A DNA stretch of 64,000 nt from Omnitrophica WOR_2 bacterium GWF2_43_52 (GCA_001805445.1 MHGF01000022.1:10613-74612); one strand, 5' to 3'; positions 42,294-51,774 are shown, counted from the first letter of the stretch. Notes: a model not told the origin generated them from the sequence alone. A program made the numbers and translations.

Positions 42294-42615
42294 TTCGATC
42301 TCAACAGAAGTAATAACCAGTAAAATCTTTATGTTAAGAGGTAAAAAGGTAATATTGGATAGAGATTTAGCCCTGCTTTATGGTGCAACAACTAAACGGC
42401 TAAATGAACGGGTAAGAAGAAATGAAAAACGGTTTCCTGAGGATTTCATGTTTCAATTAACAAAACCCGAGAAAATCGAACTGGTCGCAATTTGCGGCCG
42501 GTTCGATTCTATGAAACATTCAACTGTTTTACCCTATGCCTTTACCGTATGTTTCGGCTTACTGGAGGAGAGCGTGATTTTTTGAGGTCGCATTCTGCGA
42601 CTTCAAGCCGGGGAT
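42286..42615 (+). pseudogene. Truncated ORF6N gene plus a further ORF6N fragment
   Basis: Homology ends at PYAFT; then LRSHSATSS-encoding fragment like LKSHFATSS of the 39089 gene. Confidence 0.75.
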
Positions 42616-42633
42616 ACGTTAGATAGGCTTTTG

Positions 42634-43056
42634 CTAAAAACTTACCCTATCCCCTATTTTTATTTCATTCTTCTTCGCAAAGCCGGCGTTTACTTCTAAG
42701 ACATACAACGCCTTATCGCCAGGCGTGAGGCTTTCGCAGGTTTGGTTACAGGTAGGGACATCGGTTTTTATATCCACGATCCGCTTATCTTTATCAATCC
42801 AGATGATATCCAAGGGGAAACGCATATTTTTCATCCAAAAGCTGTAGCGCGCTTCTTTTTCAAAAACAAAAAGCATCCCCTTGCTTTCGGGCAAGCCTTC
42901 CCGGTACATTAAGCCTCTCTGCCTCAAGGCATCAATATCCGCGATTTCCGCCTCTACGCAGACATCGTTAAGGCAAACCCGCGTAATCGGCTCTTGGGCA
43001 CAAAGGACAGTGCAAAAAATCAGCCAAGAGATAAAAGTTATTGTTTTTACTCGCAT
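42634..43056 (-). CDS. DUF192 family protein
   Basis: RGLMYR, GMLFVF, FWMKNM.FPLDIIW, VLEVNAG. Confidence 0.9.
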   Translation of the reverse strand: MRVKTITFISWLIFCTVLCAQEPITRVCLNDVCVEAEIADIDALRQRGLMYREGLPESKGMLFVFEKEARYSFWMKNMRFPLDIIWIDKDKRIVDIKTDVPTCNQTCESLTPGDKALYVLEVNAGFAKKNEIKIGDRVSF

Positions 43057-43104
43057 ATCAAACCTGTGAAAAATGAATGGGTTATGTTATAATAAGTATA
43101 CTAC

Positions 43105-43146
43105 AAAATTTTTGGGAATAAAATGAGAACTTTTTACGTCTAATAT
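43105..43146 (+). promoter_or_regulatory. Probable autoregulatory ECF promoter
   Basis: GGAAT-N17-CGTCTAA directly upstream of the sigma gene. Confidence 0.65.
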
Positions 43147-43161
43147 GGTGAAAGGGCAATA

Positions 43162-43701
43162 ATGGACGAAGATTTAGAACTTATCAATAAGTTCAAAAGC
43201 GGACATTTGGAGGGTTTTGAGATGCTGGTGAAAAAATATCACACAAGGGTTATCACTATTGCCAATTCCTTCGTTGGCAATACCAGCGATGCCGAAGATA
43301 TCGCCCAGGAAACGTTTCTTAAAATATACCATACTCTGGAAAGCTTTAAGGCCCAGGCAAAATTCTCCAGCTGGCTTTATAGAATTACCGTCAATACTGC
43401 CTATGACCATTTACGAAAAAATAAACACAAGCCTCTATCGCTTGATGAGATTGACTACTCTGCTATAAGCGACAATAAAAACCGCGAAGACCTGGTAGCC
43501 AAAGAAGCGATGCAAGAAGCCTTGAATAAAATCCCCTTTGATTTTAGAAGCGCGCTTACTTTGAAAGAAATTGAAGGCCTCTCCTATCAAGAAATTGCCG
43601 AGGCCTTAAAAATAACTATCGGCACGGTAGAATCGCGCATTTTCAGGGCGCGCCAAATACTTAAAAAACTGCTTACGCACAAGGAGCCAGACAAAAGATG
43701 A
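43162..43701 (+). CDS. ECF RNA polymerase sigma factor
   Basis: DAEDIAQETF, FSSWLYRI, LSYQEIA...GTVESRIFRAR. Confidence 0.95.
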   Translation: MDEDLELINKFKSGHLEGFEMLVKKYHTRVITIANSFVGNTSDAEDIAQETFLKIYHTLESFKAQAKFSSWLYRITVNTAYDHLRKNKHKPLSLDEIDYSAISDNKNREDLVAKEAMQEALNKIPFDFRSALTLKEIEGLSYQEIAEALKITIGTVESRIFRARQILKKLLTHKEPDKR

Positions 43702-44180
43702 ACTGCGCACACTCAAGACGTATAAGCCGCTACGCGGATAACGAACTCCCTCAAAAAGAAAAAGAGTTTTTAGACAAGCACATATTCACCTGCCCTCCCT
43801 GCCTGCACGAGCTAAAGGCCATTACTTCAATAAAAGAACGCATCCTTAAAAATAAAGTTGATACGAATGCCGGATTCTTCTGGCAGACGCTTAAAAAGCG
43901 CATCGATACAGAAGCACGCGCTGTATCAACGAAAGAAATGTTTTCCTTGGACTTCGGTAGTTGGGCAAAGCGGCTGATTCCCGTTCCGATTTTTGCAAGC
44001 CTTCTCGTGCTTGCGTTCTTAACTATAAACTCTAGAAACTCAAATTTAATTGATGCATACCTATTTACCAATCAAGACAGCAGTGTTTTAGAGCTGATGG
44101 ATAATGCCGGTAGCCAATCAGAGATAAATATACTGCTGTATAACCAAACCTCTTTCTTACGCTCGCAATCGATATGCTAA
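43698..44180 (+). CDS. Zinc-binding (zf-HC2) transmembrane anti-sigma factor
   Basis: HxxxCxxC (HIFTCPPC), one TM, overlaps the sigma stop. Confidence 0.85.
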   Translation: MNCAHSRRISRYADNELPQKEKEFLDKHIFTCPPCLHELKAITSIKERILKNKVDTNAGFFWQTLKKRIDTEARAVSTKEMFSLDFGSWAKRLIPVPIFASLLVLAFLTINSRNSNLIDAYLFTNQDSSVLELMDNAGSQSEINILLYNQTSFLRSQSIC

Positions 44181-44211
44181 AGCGCAGAGAAAAGGATAAA
44201 AGGAGGTCACA

Positions 44212-44748
44212 ATGAAAAAAACAGCTATCTACGCGGTAACACTCACTGTTATTTCTCTTGGGGCAGGAGCGGTGATAGGCGTGGCGGTTGACCACCAGCT
44301 CATAAAGAAACGCCTGCAGCGTTTGCACCATGACAAAATAGCAAAATTTCAACAGGCCAGACAAGGAGGGCCAAAGGAACTATTTGAAAAGATATCTAGT
44401 GCTTTGCGCCTTGATGATAAGCAAAAAGAAGTTGTTAAACAAATTTTAGAAAAGACGCGTAACGACATTGCCGAAATCGGCAAAGAAGCACATGAGAAGA
44501 TGCTTACGGTGCGTAACGAAAGTAATGACAGGATGCGGGAAATCCTTAATCCCCAGCAGCAGCAACAATTTCAGAAGATGTTATCCGACTTGGAAGAAAA
44601 AGGACAAAAGGCGCGCCGCTTCTTACAAAGGCGCTTAAGCCCGCAGCCTCCCGCGCCGGGAGAGGCTCCCGAGGCAGATGAGCATCTTCCTCCTCCCCCG
44701 CCACCTGGAGCGCCTGAAGATTTTCCTGAACCACCGGAAAATTTCTGA
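44212..44748 (+). CDS. Spy/CpxP-like periplasmic protein with Pro-rich tail
   Basis: L.LDDKQK and ILNPQQ motifs. Confidence 0.65.
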   Translation: MKKTAIYAVTLTVISLGAGAVIGVAVDHQLIKKRLQRLHHDKIAKFQQARQGGPKELFEKISSALRLDDKQKEVVKQILEKTRNDIAEIGKEAHEKMLTVRNESNDRMREILNPQQQQQFQKMLSDLEEKGQKARRFLQRRLSPQPPAPGEAPEADEHLPPPPPPGAPEDFPEPPENF

Positions 44749-44772
44749 TTAAAGAGAACTTCACCTTATAGC

Positions 44773-44817
44773 AAAAGAGGAGAGGCGCCTTTCTAATGAG
44801 TTGCCTCTCCTCTTTTT
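44773..44817. terminator. Bidirectional terminator between convergent genes
   Basis: AAAAGAGGAGAGGC/GCCTCTCCTCTTTT. Confidence 0.7.
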
Positions 44818-45833
44818 ATCCTTAACTGCCCACAGGCTCCTTCTATATCCTGGCCGCGGGATTTCCGCAGCGTCACCACAAGCCCTGCCCGTATCAAAGC
44901 GTGGCTGAATTTTTCGGTCTCGCCTTTATCCGGGGCCTTATAAGGCAATTCCTTTACCGGATTATAGATGAGTAAATTAACCTTGGCATTCCAGCCTTTT
45001 AAAAGCCTGATAATATCTTGAGCGGCTTCTTGCGAACAATTAATTCCTTTAAGTAAAGCATATTCAAAAGTAACCTGACGATTGGTATCTACAGCGTATT
45101 TTTTACAGGCTGCGATTAATTCATTAAGCGGATATTTCTTATTAACAGGCATGAGGCGGCTTCTCGTGAGGCTATCGGCGGAGTGCAAAGATACCGAAAG
45201 CTCTATTTGTAAACCCTCAGAAGCCAAGCGCTTAATTCCCGGAATAATTCCTGATGTAGAAACCGTTATCCTGCGCGCGCCAATACCGAAACCTTCCTTG
45301 CTATTAATAATTCGTATTGCCTTAAGAACATTATCATAATTATCGAGAGGCTCTCCCGTACCCATAAATACAACATGCGTAACCCTCCCCGCACCCCCGC
45401 GGTGCGTGTGGGTTATTGCCAAAAGCTGTGCCAGGATTTCCCAGGCCTTTAAATTCCTCTTGAAACCCAACAATCCGCTCGCGCAGAAATCGCAGGCATA
45501 TTTACAACCAACCTGCGATGAAAGACACACAGTATTTCTGCCTCGAGCAGGTATTACTACCGACTCAACTGAACTCCCATCTTCTAAACGAAAAAGGAAT
45601 TTTCTTGTTCCATCCCTTGATTCCTGCAAAGTAATTAATGCTATCGCCCTATGGGCGAATGTTTCCGTGAGCCGGCTTCGTAGGGACGCGGAAAGATTGG
45701 TCATTGCATCAAAGGAACACGCTCCCCTCTGGTATAACCAAGAAAATATCTGTTTGGCATGATATAACGGCTCATGCCAGTCTTTCAAAACAGATTCTAC
45801 TTCTTGCAGGGAGCAATTTTTTATATCGGTCAT
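44793..45833 (-). CDS. rlmN: 23S rRNA/tRNA m2A methyltransferase RlmN
   Basis: CLSSQVGCKYACDFCASG, FMGTGEP, SLHS, GACGQL. Confidence 0.96.
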   Translation of the reverse strand: MTDIKNCSLQEVESVLKDWHEPLYHAKQIFSWLYQRGACSFDAMTNLSASLRSRLTETFAHRAIALITLQESRDGTRKFLFRLEDGSSVESVVIPARGRNTVCLSSQVGCKYACDFCASGLLGFKRNLKAWEILAQLLAITHTHRGGAGRVTHVVFMGTGEPLDNYDNVLKAIRIINSKEGFGIGARRITVSTSGIIPGIKRLASEGLQIELSVSLHSADSLTRSRLMPVNKKYPLNELIAACKKYAVDTNRQVTFEYALLKGINCSQEAAQDIIRLLKGWNAKVNLLIYNPVKELPYKAPDKGETEKFSHALIRAGLVVTLRKSRGQDIEGACGQLRIKRGEATH

Positions 45834-47107
45834 TGCCGTAGTATAGTTTTTACTATCTCGCGCGCCTTAATGGCCTCAACATTGCCACGCACCTCTTGCA
45901 TCCGCGGAGTAAGGCTCACAACAACCAGAAACCTCATGATTGATGAAATAAAAAAAAGAAATAATAAGCGGTATCCAAAGAGTTCAGGGACATGCGTTGC
46001 TAAATATCCGCCAATCAACGCCCCCGCGCTGCTGGCCAATCCGTTAATGACGTTAAAATAAGAAAAGCATCGCGTGCGTTTTGCCGCGCTGACGCTGTCA
46101 AAAATAAAATTAGTAACACACAGGTTAAAACCGCTCCAGGCAAATCCGCCTAAAATCTGGACAAACACTAAGAAAACAGGATGACGGTAAATAATCCACG
46201 GCAAGGGAAGGCTGGCAATAAAACACGCGGTAAATTTCAAGACACGGATATTCCCCACCCTGTCCGCGAGCCTGCCCCAGCGCTCTATCAACAAAAGGGA
46301 AGTAATGGGAACGGTAACCATCACGAGCGTATACGTGATATAGCTTAGTTTCATATCCCGGAGCATAAAGACGGCAAAAAACGGCGCGGCGATATTAACG
46401 CAAAAATTTAGCCCCGCGGCAAAGAAAACAAATTGGGCGAAATTACTTTCTTTCGCGCGTTTTAAAAAAGCTAAAAAGCTAAAGTAGCTTTCATGGCTAT
46501 GCCTGAAGGTAGGCTCATACATCTTCATCAGAAAATAGCAGCAACTCACGCGCGCTACCAATGCGAAAATAAGAATGATAAGGAATCCCGCGAGTATGTT
46601 ATGCTTAAAAAGCTGTAGAATCACTCCCGCGGAAAGCGATGAAACAACAACCATAAACCCCAGTGCCCTGTTACGCCAGCCAAAATAAGCCCCTCGCTTA
46701 GACGCGGGGATATACTCGCTCATAAGCGAAAGCCATGGCCCTAAGCTTACCGCGCCAAAACCAGTAAAGATGACCACTAAAACAATCAGCATCACCGCGG
46801 GATTGTTCTTGATACAATACGGAATAAACATAATAGGAAGTAAGGTCAACGCCTGAAAAAACACAGAACTTAGAATAATTTTTTTACGGCTGGCGAGGCG
46901 TTCGGTAAAATCCGCGCTCTTTAACTGGATTAACGCGGAACAAAGATTGGGCAGAGAACTTAAAAGGCCAATTTGCTTAACAGAAGCTTTGAGCATAAGC
47001 GCATAGGGAATGATGTAATCTTGCGTAAAACCAATCATTATGGAAGCGCCTATACCATCCCAATATGAAACACGCAGGCTCTTTCTAATTTTGTTATCTT
47101 TAGACAT
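45830..47107 (-). CDS. MFS transporter
   Basis: 12 hydrophobic segments, WGRLADRVG. Confidence 0.88.
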   Translation of the reverse strand: MSKDNKIRKSLRVSYWDGIGASIMIGFTQDYIIPYALMLKASVKQIGLLSSLPNLCSALIQLKSADFTERLASRKKIILSSVFFQALTLLPIMFIPYCIKNNPAVMLIVLVVIFTGFGAVSLGPWLSLMSEYIPASKRGAYFGWRNRALGFMVVVSSLSAGVILQLFKHNILAGFLIILIFALVARVSCCYFLMKMYEPTFRHSHESYFSFLAFLKRAKESNFAQFVFFAAGLNFCVNIAAPFFAVFMLRDMKLSYITYTLVMVTVPITSLLLIERWGRLADRVGNIRVLKFTACFIASLPLPWIIYRHPVFLVFVQILGGFAWSGFNLCVTNFIFDSVSAAKRTRCFSYFNVINGLASSAGALIGGYLATHVPELFGYRLLFLFFISSIMRFLVVVSLTPRMQEVRGNVEAIKAREIVKTILRQ

Positions 47108-47120
47108 CTTATAAATAAAG

Positions 47121-47268
47121 AAATAACCAATCCCAAAATCTCAAGAACCAAATAAATCCCACTATCCAATGACCATAGTATCAAACTGTTTGGTAATTGA
47201 TAAATTGATTATTGGATATTATCTGGTTATTGCCTGCCTCTGGCAGGGATCTTGGTTATTGGTTATTT
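47121..47268. repeat. AATAACCAA foldback with embedded GCCTGCCTCTGGCAGG palindrome
   Basis: AAATAACCAAT...ATTGGTTATTT termini. Confidence 0.75.
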
Positions 47269-47280
47269 TCCTCTGCCTGT

Positions 47281-48306
47281 TTAGGGCTGAATAATAATTT
47301 TGATGGATTCCTTTGACTCAACCATAAGCCGAAAACCATCCCCTATGTTCGCTAAAGGGAACCGATGGGTAATTAACGGATTCACTTCAATTTTCTTAGC
47401 CCGAAGCAACTCTAAGGCCTGCGCGTTATCCGACGGGCTTGAGCCGTATGAATGGAGTATCTTTATGTTATTACGCCAAAAATCATTTACCGGGATATTA
47501 AAGGTTACCCCAGGAGAGGTAGGCGCGAAACAAAGAATAGCCCCCGCGCGCTCTACGGTATTGAGCGCCTGGTTAAAAACAGACTGAGCGCTCGCGCAGA
47601 TAATCACGATATCCGCTAAACGGTTTTCATTTACCCCGCGCAAGGAAGTAACGATATCCTCTTTCGCGTTAAAGACGAAATCCGCGCCTAATTCTTTGGC
47701 TTTCCTTAAGCGGAATTCGTTGATATCGGTCATAATAACTCTTCCTGCGCCGGAAGCCTTGGCTAATAAAAGGTGCAGTAACCCCGAAATGCCACTGCCT
47801 AAAACAAGCACAGTATCCGTTGTCTTAACCTGAACTGCTCTCTGGGCGCGCAACACGCAGGCAAGCGGCTCTATAAACGTTCCCTGTTCGAATGAAACCT
47901 CATCGGGCAAAAGCAAGCTGCCGCGTTCTACATTAATCGCGGGCACCCGGATATATTCCGCGAAACCACCGGGAAAATAGTTTGTTGTATGCAGCATCTG
48001 GCAGGCAGTATGATTACCGGCTACACAATAGCGGCAGCTATTACAAGGAACATGATGGGCTACAAACACCCTATCGCCGACTTTATACTTCTTAAGCCCC
48101 TGGCCTATTTCAGTAATTTCACCGGTTGCTTCATGGCCTAAGACTAAGGGCGCCTTTTTAATCCGATACCATTCCATAACATCGGAGCCACAAATCCCGC
48201 TTGCCTTCACTTTAAACAGGAATTCCCCGGCCTCGATTTTTGGCTTGGGCATTTCTTCAAGGCGCACATCATTGTTGCTATAATACATTCCTACCCGCAT
48301 CTTCAT
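47281..48306 (-). CDS. Zn-dependent (MDR) polyol/alcohol dehydrogenase
   Basis: GICGSD, GHE, C..C..C...C, GSGISG. Confidence 0.92.
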   Translation of the reverse strand: MKMRVGMYYSNNDVRLEEMPKPKIEAGEFLFKVKASGICGSDVMEWYRIKKAPLVLGHEATGEITEIGQGLKKYKVGDRVFVAHHVPCNSCRYCVAGNHTACQMLHTTNYFPGGFAEYIRVPAINVERGSLLLPDEVSFEQGTFIEPLACVLRAQRAVQVKTTDTVLVLGSGISGLLHLLLAKASGAGRVIMTDINEFRLRKAKELGADFVFNAKEDIVTSLRGVNENRLADIVIICASAQSVFNQALNTVERAGAILCFAPTSPGVTFNIPVNDFWRNNIKILHSYGSSPSDNAQALELLRAKKIEVNPLITHRFPLANIGDGFRLMVESKESIKIIIQP

Positions 48307-48343
48307 CTCTTTCTTACCATTGGAAAAGAAAACTAAAACATTC

Positions 48344-49144
48344 TTAATGATATTCTACATTCTTAATCTCGTTGAATACCTCAAGCGCTTTCTTTACATT
48401 GGCATCCTTATGCACTATCGCCTGCAAGGCCTTAGCCATAGCTACCGGGTACTTACTCTGCCACACATTCCTTCCTAAATTAATGCCAATCGCTCCTTTT
48501 TGCATTCCATCATAAACAAATTCCAAGACCTCTTTTTCTGTTTCGCATTGAGGGCCGCCGGCAATCACTACAGGAACAGGACAGCCTGCGACAACCTTAT
48601 CAAAATCCTTATCACACCAATAGGTTTTCACAATCCGCGCTCCTAATTCCGCGCAGATGCGGCAGGCTAAACCCAAATACCGCGCGTCGCGCTTCTCCAA
48701 TTCCTTGCCTACCGCGGTAACAGACATTACAGGAATCCCGTACGCTTCACATTCATTAACTAATTTTGAAAGATTCATAAGCGTCTGATGTTCATACTCG
48801 CTTCCTACAAAAACAGAAATCCCTACAGCCGAAGCATTAAGACGGATAATCTCTTCTATAGAAGTAGTCAGGCCCTCATGAGCTAAATCTTTTCCAACCA
48901 TACTCGTTCCGCCTGAAACCCGTAAAATAATCGGTTTGGTATTTGACGGATCTATCGCCGAACGCAAAACTCCCCGGCTGACAAATAAAGCGTCATAATA
49001 AGGCAAAAGCGGCCTGATAGTTTCCCCGGGCTTTTCCAGACATCTGGTCGGCCCCTGAAAATATCCATGGTCAATAGGCATAAAAAAACATTTCCCGTCT
49101 GACGGAATTACCTGAGCTAAACGATTCTTCATTCCCCAGTCCAT
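48344..49144 (-). CDS. lsrF: LsrF family thiolase / class I aldolase
   Basis: MDWGMKNRL, DHGYFQGP, AELGA.IVKTY, PVPVVIAGG. Confidence 0.85.
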   Translation of the reverse strand: MDWGMKNRLAQVIPSDGKCFFMPIDHGYFQGPTRCLEKPGETIRPLLPYYDALFVSRGVLRSAIDPSNTKPIILRVSGGTSMVGKDLAHEGLTTSIEEIIRLNASAVGISVFVGSEYEHQTLMNLSKLVNECEAYGIPVMSVTAVGKELEKRDARYLGLACRICAELGARIVKTYWCDKDFDKVVAGCPVPVVIAGGPQCETEKEVLEFVYDGMQKGAIGINLGRNVWQSKYPVAMAKALQAIVHKDANVKKALEVFNEIKNVEYH

Positions 49145-49167
49145 GTTATAACCTCCTTATAAAATTT

Positions 49168-49324
49168 GGTTACTATTAGTTACTAAGCGAATTACAAAAA
49201 TAGCTTATTTGTTACAAACAGTTACTATCCGTTACTTAAGAAACGTATAATCAAAACGTAACTATTAGTAACCGTTAGTAACTATCCATGATATTTTCCC
49301 GGCTTTAGTAACTGTTTGTAACTC
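49168..49324. repeat. Foldback array of ~10-bp GTTAC/GTAAC units
   Basis: GTTACTA units then TAGTAAC units. Confidence 0.75.
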
Positions 49325-49329
49325 CTATG

Positions 49330-50814
49330 TTAAAATCCATACCAATAATTCACCAGCGGCTTGGCGCCTTTGGTCTGATCAATAATTATATTTTTCTGCC
49401 TTGTGTATTCCAGAAATCCTTCCCTGCCCAGCTCCTTGCCAAAGCCGCTTTGCTTAAAACCGCCATAAGGAGCCTCGTTGTAAAACATCCCGTAGGTATT
49501 GATCCAGCAGGCCCCGGCATTGATCCGGGAGGCCAACTTTTGAGCCAAGGCCGTATCCTCTGACCAGATAGCGCAGGCCAAGGCAAAATCTGTGGCATTG
49601 GCTAATTGGATGGCCTCATCCCTATCTGAAAATTTACTCACGCAGGCCACCGGCCCAAAGACCTCTTCCTTAAAAATAGCCATGTGGGGCATAACATCAG
49701 TCAATACCGTTGGCTCAAAAAAGAAACCGTTTCGCAGTTCTGGATTATCCGGAATTTTCCCGCCGCAAAGCAGTTTTGCGCCCTCACTCTTTGCCTTTTC
49801 CACATATTCAATTACTTTTCTACGCTGGGCATCACTCATCAAAGGCCCCATCTGGGTTTCATAATTCAGTCCGTCACCTAATTTAATCTTTTTTGCCTTC
49901 TCCACAAACTCGGTAATAAATTTATCATATATATCATCTTCAACAAAAATCCTCGACAATGCCGTGCACATCTGCCCTTGGTTAAGAAAAATAGAACACA
50001 GAGAGCCGTTTACCGCCAACTCTAAGTCTGCATCTTTCAAAACTATCCCCGCGGACTTACCGCCCAGTTCCATAATTAGCTTTTTGACATTCCTGGAGGA
50101 ATAGCCGATAATCTTTTTTCCCACTTCCGGGCTTCCGGTAAAAGAAATTATATCCACCCTTTTATCCGCGCAGAGCTGTTCACCGGCAACATCACCGCTG
50201 GCATTGATGATATTAACCACTCCCTTCGGTAAACCAGCTTCCTGAATAATCTTAGCTAATTCTAAAACACTCAAAGGGGTTAAGCTAGAAGGCTTTAAGA
50301 TAACGGTGTTTCCCGCGGCTAAAGCTTGGGCTAATTTCCAAGAGGCAATTAAAAGCGGATAGTTCCAAGGGACAATCAAGACCGCTACACCTAAAGGCTC
50401 GCGTACCAACTGGCTTCTGGCATTCTCTAATTCCTTTGTTTCTTCTTTCAAAAACTCTTCTAAATGATTAGCAAAGTATTCAAAGGTCTTAGCGCTGGAG
50501 GGCACATCCATAAAGGTAGATTCCTTGATTGGCTTACCGGTATTCAAAGTCTCTAAGCGCGCCAATTCACCGGCCTTATCAAGAATGCCTTGTGAGATTT
50601 TTAAGAGAAAATCCTTACGCTCGACTAAAGCAATCTCCCTCCAGGATCCCGAATCAAAAGCCGCGCGCGCCGAAGTTACCGCGGCTTCAATATCGCCTTT
50701 TGAGGCCAGTGCCGCCTCAGCAATAATTTCACCGTTTGCGGGATTGGTTATCTTCTGTTTGTTTGAAGAATCTTTGAATTCGCCGTTAATGTATAAAGGA
50801 TAATAGGAATCCAT
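49330..50814 (-). CDS. Aldehyde dehydrogenase
   Basis: PWNYP, FTGS, ELGGKS, NQGQMC, EEVFGPV, GGFKQSG. Confidence 0.96.
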   Translation of the reverse strand: MDSYYPLYINGEFKDSSNKQKITNPANGEIIAEAALASKGDIEAAVTSARAAFDSGSWREIALVERKDFLLKISQGILDKAGELARLETLNTGKPIKESTFMDVPSSAKTFEYFANHLEEFLKEETKELENARSQLVREPLGVAVLIVPWNYPLLIASWKLAQALAAGNTVILKPSSLTPLSVLELAKIIQEAGLPKGVVNIINASGDVAGEQLCADKRVDIISFTGSPEVGKKIIGYSSRNVKKLIMELGGKSAGIVLKDADLELAVNGSLCSIFLNQGQMCTALSRIFVEDDIYDKFITEFVEKAKKIKLGDGLNYETQMGPLMSDAQRRKVIEYVEKAKSEGAKLLCGGKIPDNPELRNGFFFEPTVLTDVMPHMAIFKEEVFGPVACVSKFSDRDEAIQLANATDFALACAIWSEDTALAQKLASRINAGACWINTYGMFYNEAPYGGFKQSGFGKELGREGFLEYTRQKNIIIDQTKGAKPLVNYWYGF

Positions 50815-50854
50815 TTTCGGACTTTAAAAAGGGTAAAAATACTTTAATTTTCCC

Positions 50855-50886
50855 TTGACTATACCATACTAAGTATGGTATATAAA
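50855..50886 (+). promoter_or_regulatory. sigma70 promoter overlapped by a perfect palindromic operator
   Basis: TTGACT...TGGTATATAAA; TATACCATACT-A-AGTATGGTATA at 50860-50882. Confidence 0.7.
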
Positions 50887-50890
50887 TAAG

Positions 50891-50981
50891 TGAGCGGTAA
50901 GACCGCTGCGGGTTGTTCCAAGTGTTCCCTTCCGTATGGTTGGCCATAGCTTGGACACTTCAAGCCTGCAGGGCGCGCTCA
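50891..50981 (+). ncRNA. DUF3800-associated structured ncRNA (~91 nt)
   Basis: Nested stems UGAGCG/CGCUCA, CUGCGGG/CCUGCAG, AAGUGUUC/GGACACUU, UAUGG/CCAUA; G-U pairs favour the + strand; ends 8 nt from the DUF3800 stop. Confidence 0.7.
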
Positions 50982-50989
50982 TTTTCATT

Positions 50990-51631
50990 TTATGGCAGAT
51001 ATACGCTGTCATACCTGACCTTTTCTTTCCAAAACACATTAAACCACTCCATATCGCGTTTTTCGTATTTCCTAAAGATTCCCCAACAGAATATATCCAC
51101 CGCCTGTAATCCTAAACTCTCATGCGATAAATAATGATAAATATCAACAGGAATCTTAGGATCAATCCTCCCTTTCAACTCCCTCATAATGTAAGAATTG
51201 AATTCTGCTATTTCCGGCCTTGCCTTGCTTTTATCCACAACTAAATATATCCTTGAGTGCGCCGCTTCAAGAGGAATTTTGTCCATAGCGAGCCGTACAA
51301 CATAATTGTAAACCCGCTCTTTATCTTTCGTAAGGTGGGCATAAAGCCGTTTTTTATTCAAAGTGAGCGAATAAATGTCAAACTCTATACCCTTACACTG
51401 GCTATAAAAATACTTCAATACTCCGAGAGAGGTCTTTGAGCCTTTTAATTCCATCATATCCGATTTTTTATTGAGCTTACGTTTTATCGTGTTTTTGACG
51501 GAATTGATTAACGAGCGGTTTGCCGCGGATCCCATTAACGCAAGAATAGTAACGGTAAAAAAATTGGAGGGTTTCTTGTTCACAAAATCAAACCCCAAAT
51601 CACCGCTTTCATCAAGATACAAATAAAGCAC
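50990..51631 (-). CDS. DUF3800 family protein (RNase H-like fold)
   Basis: YLDESGDLG, ELK, VVDK, S...GLQAVD. Confidence 0.88.
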   Translation of the reverse strand: MLYLYLDESGDLGFDFVNKKPSNFFTVTILALMGSAANRSLINSVKNTIKRKLNKKSDMMELKGSKTSLGVLKYFYSQCKGIEFDIYSLTLNKKRLYAHLTKDKERVYNYVVRLAMDKIPLEAAHSRIYLVVDKSKARPEIAEFNSYIMRELKGRIDPKIPVDIYHYLSHESLGLQAVDIFCWGIFRKYEKRDMEWFNVFWKEKVRYDSVYLP

Positions 51632-51774
51632 TTTTACCCTACCTTTTGCGCAACCACGCTTTCAAATCCGGAGGTATTTATACTGCCTTAACGCGGACCA
51701 TGTGATGAAACTTCCTCAGCACGCTCAATTAAGAAGACTTAATTTTTCGCGAAATGCTTTTCTTCCGCGGGCAC

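Noticed and set aside
32621-42615. Prophage or ICE
   Set aside because: No integrase, structural or conjugation genes, and no tRNA-Ala 3' duplicate found at the left edge.
48344-49144. AI-2 quorum-sensing (lsr) operon
   Set aside because: Only lsrF is present; no lsrK/G/ABCD in the window.
50913-51134. 73-aa + strand ORF over the DUF3800 ncRNA
   Set aside because: TTG start without SD, antisense to DUF3800, no recognisable features.
50990-51631. Retron
   Set aside because: No reverse transcriptase gene nearby.
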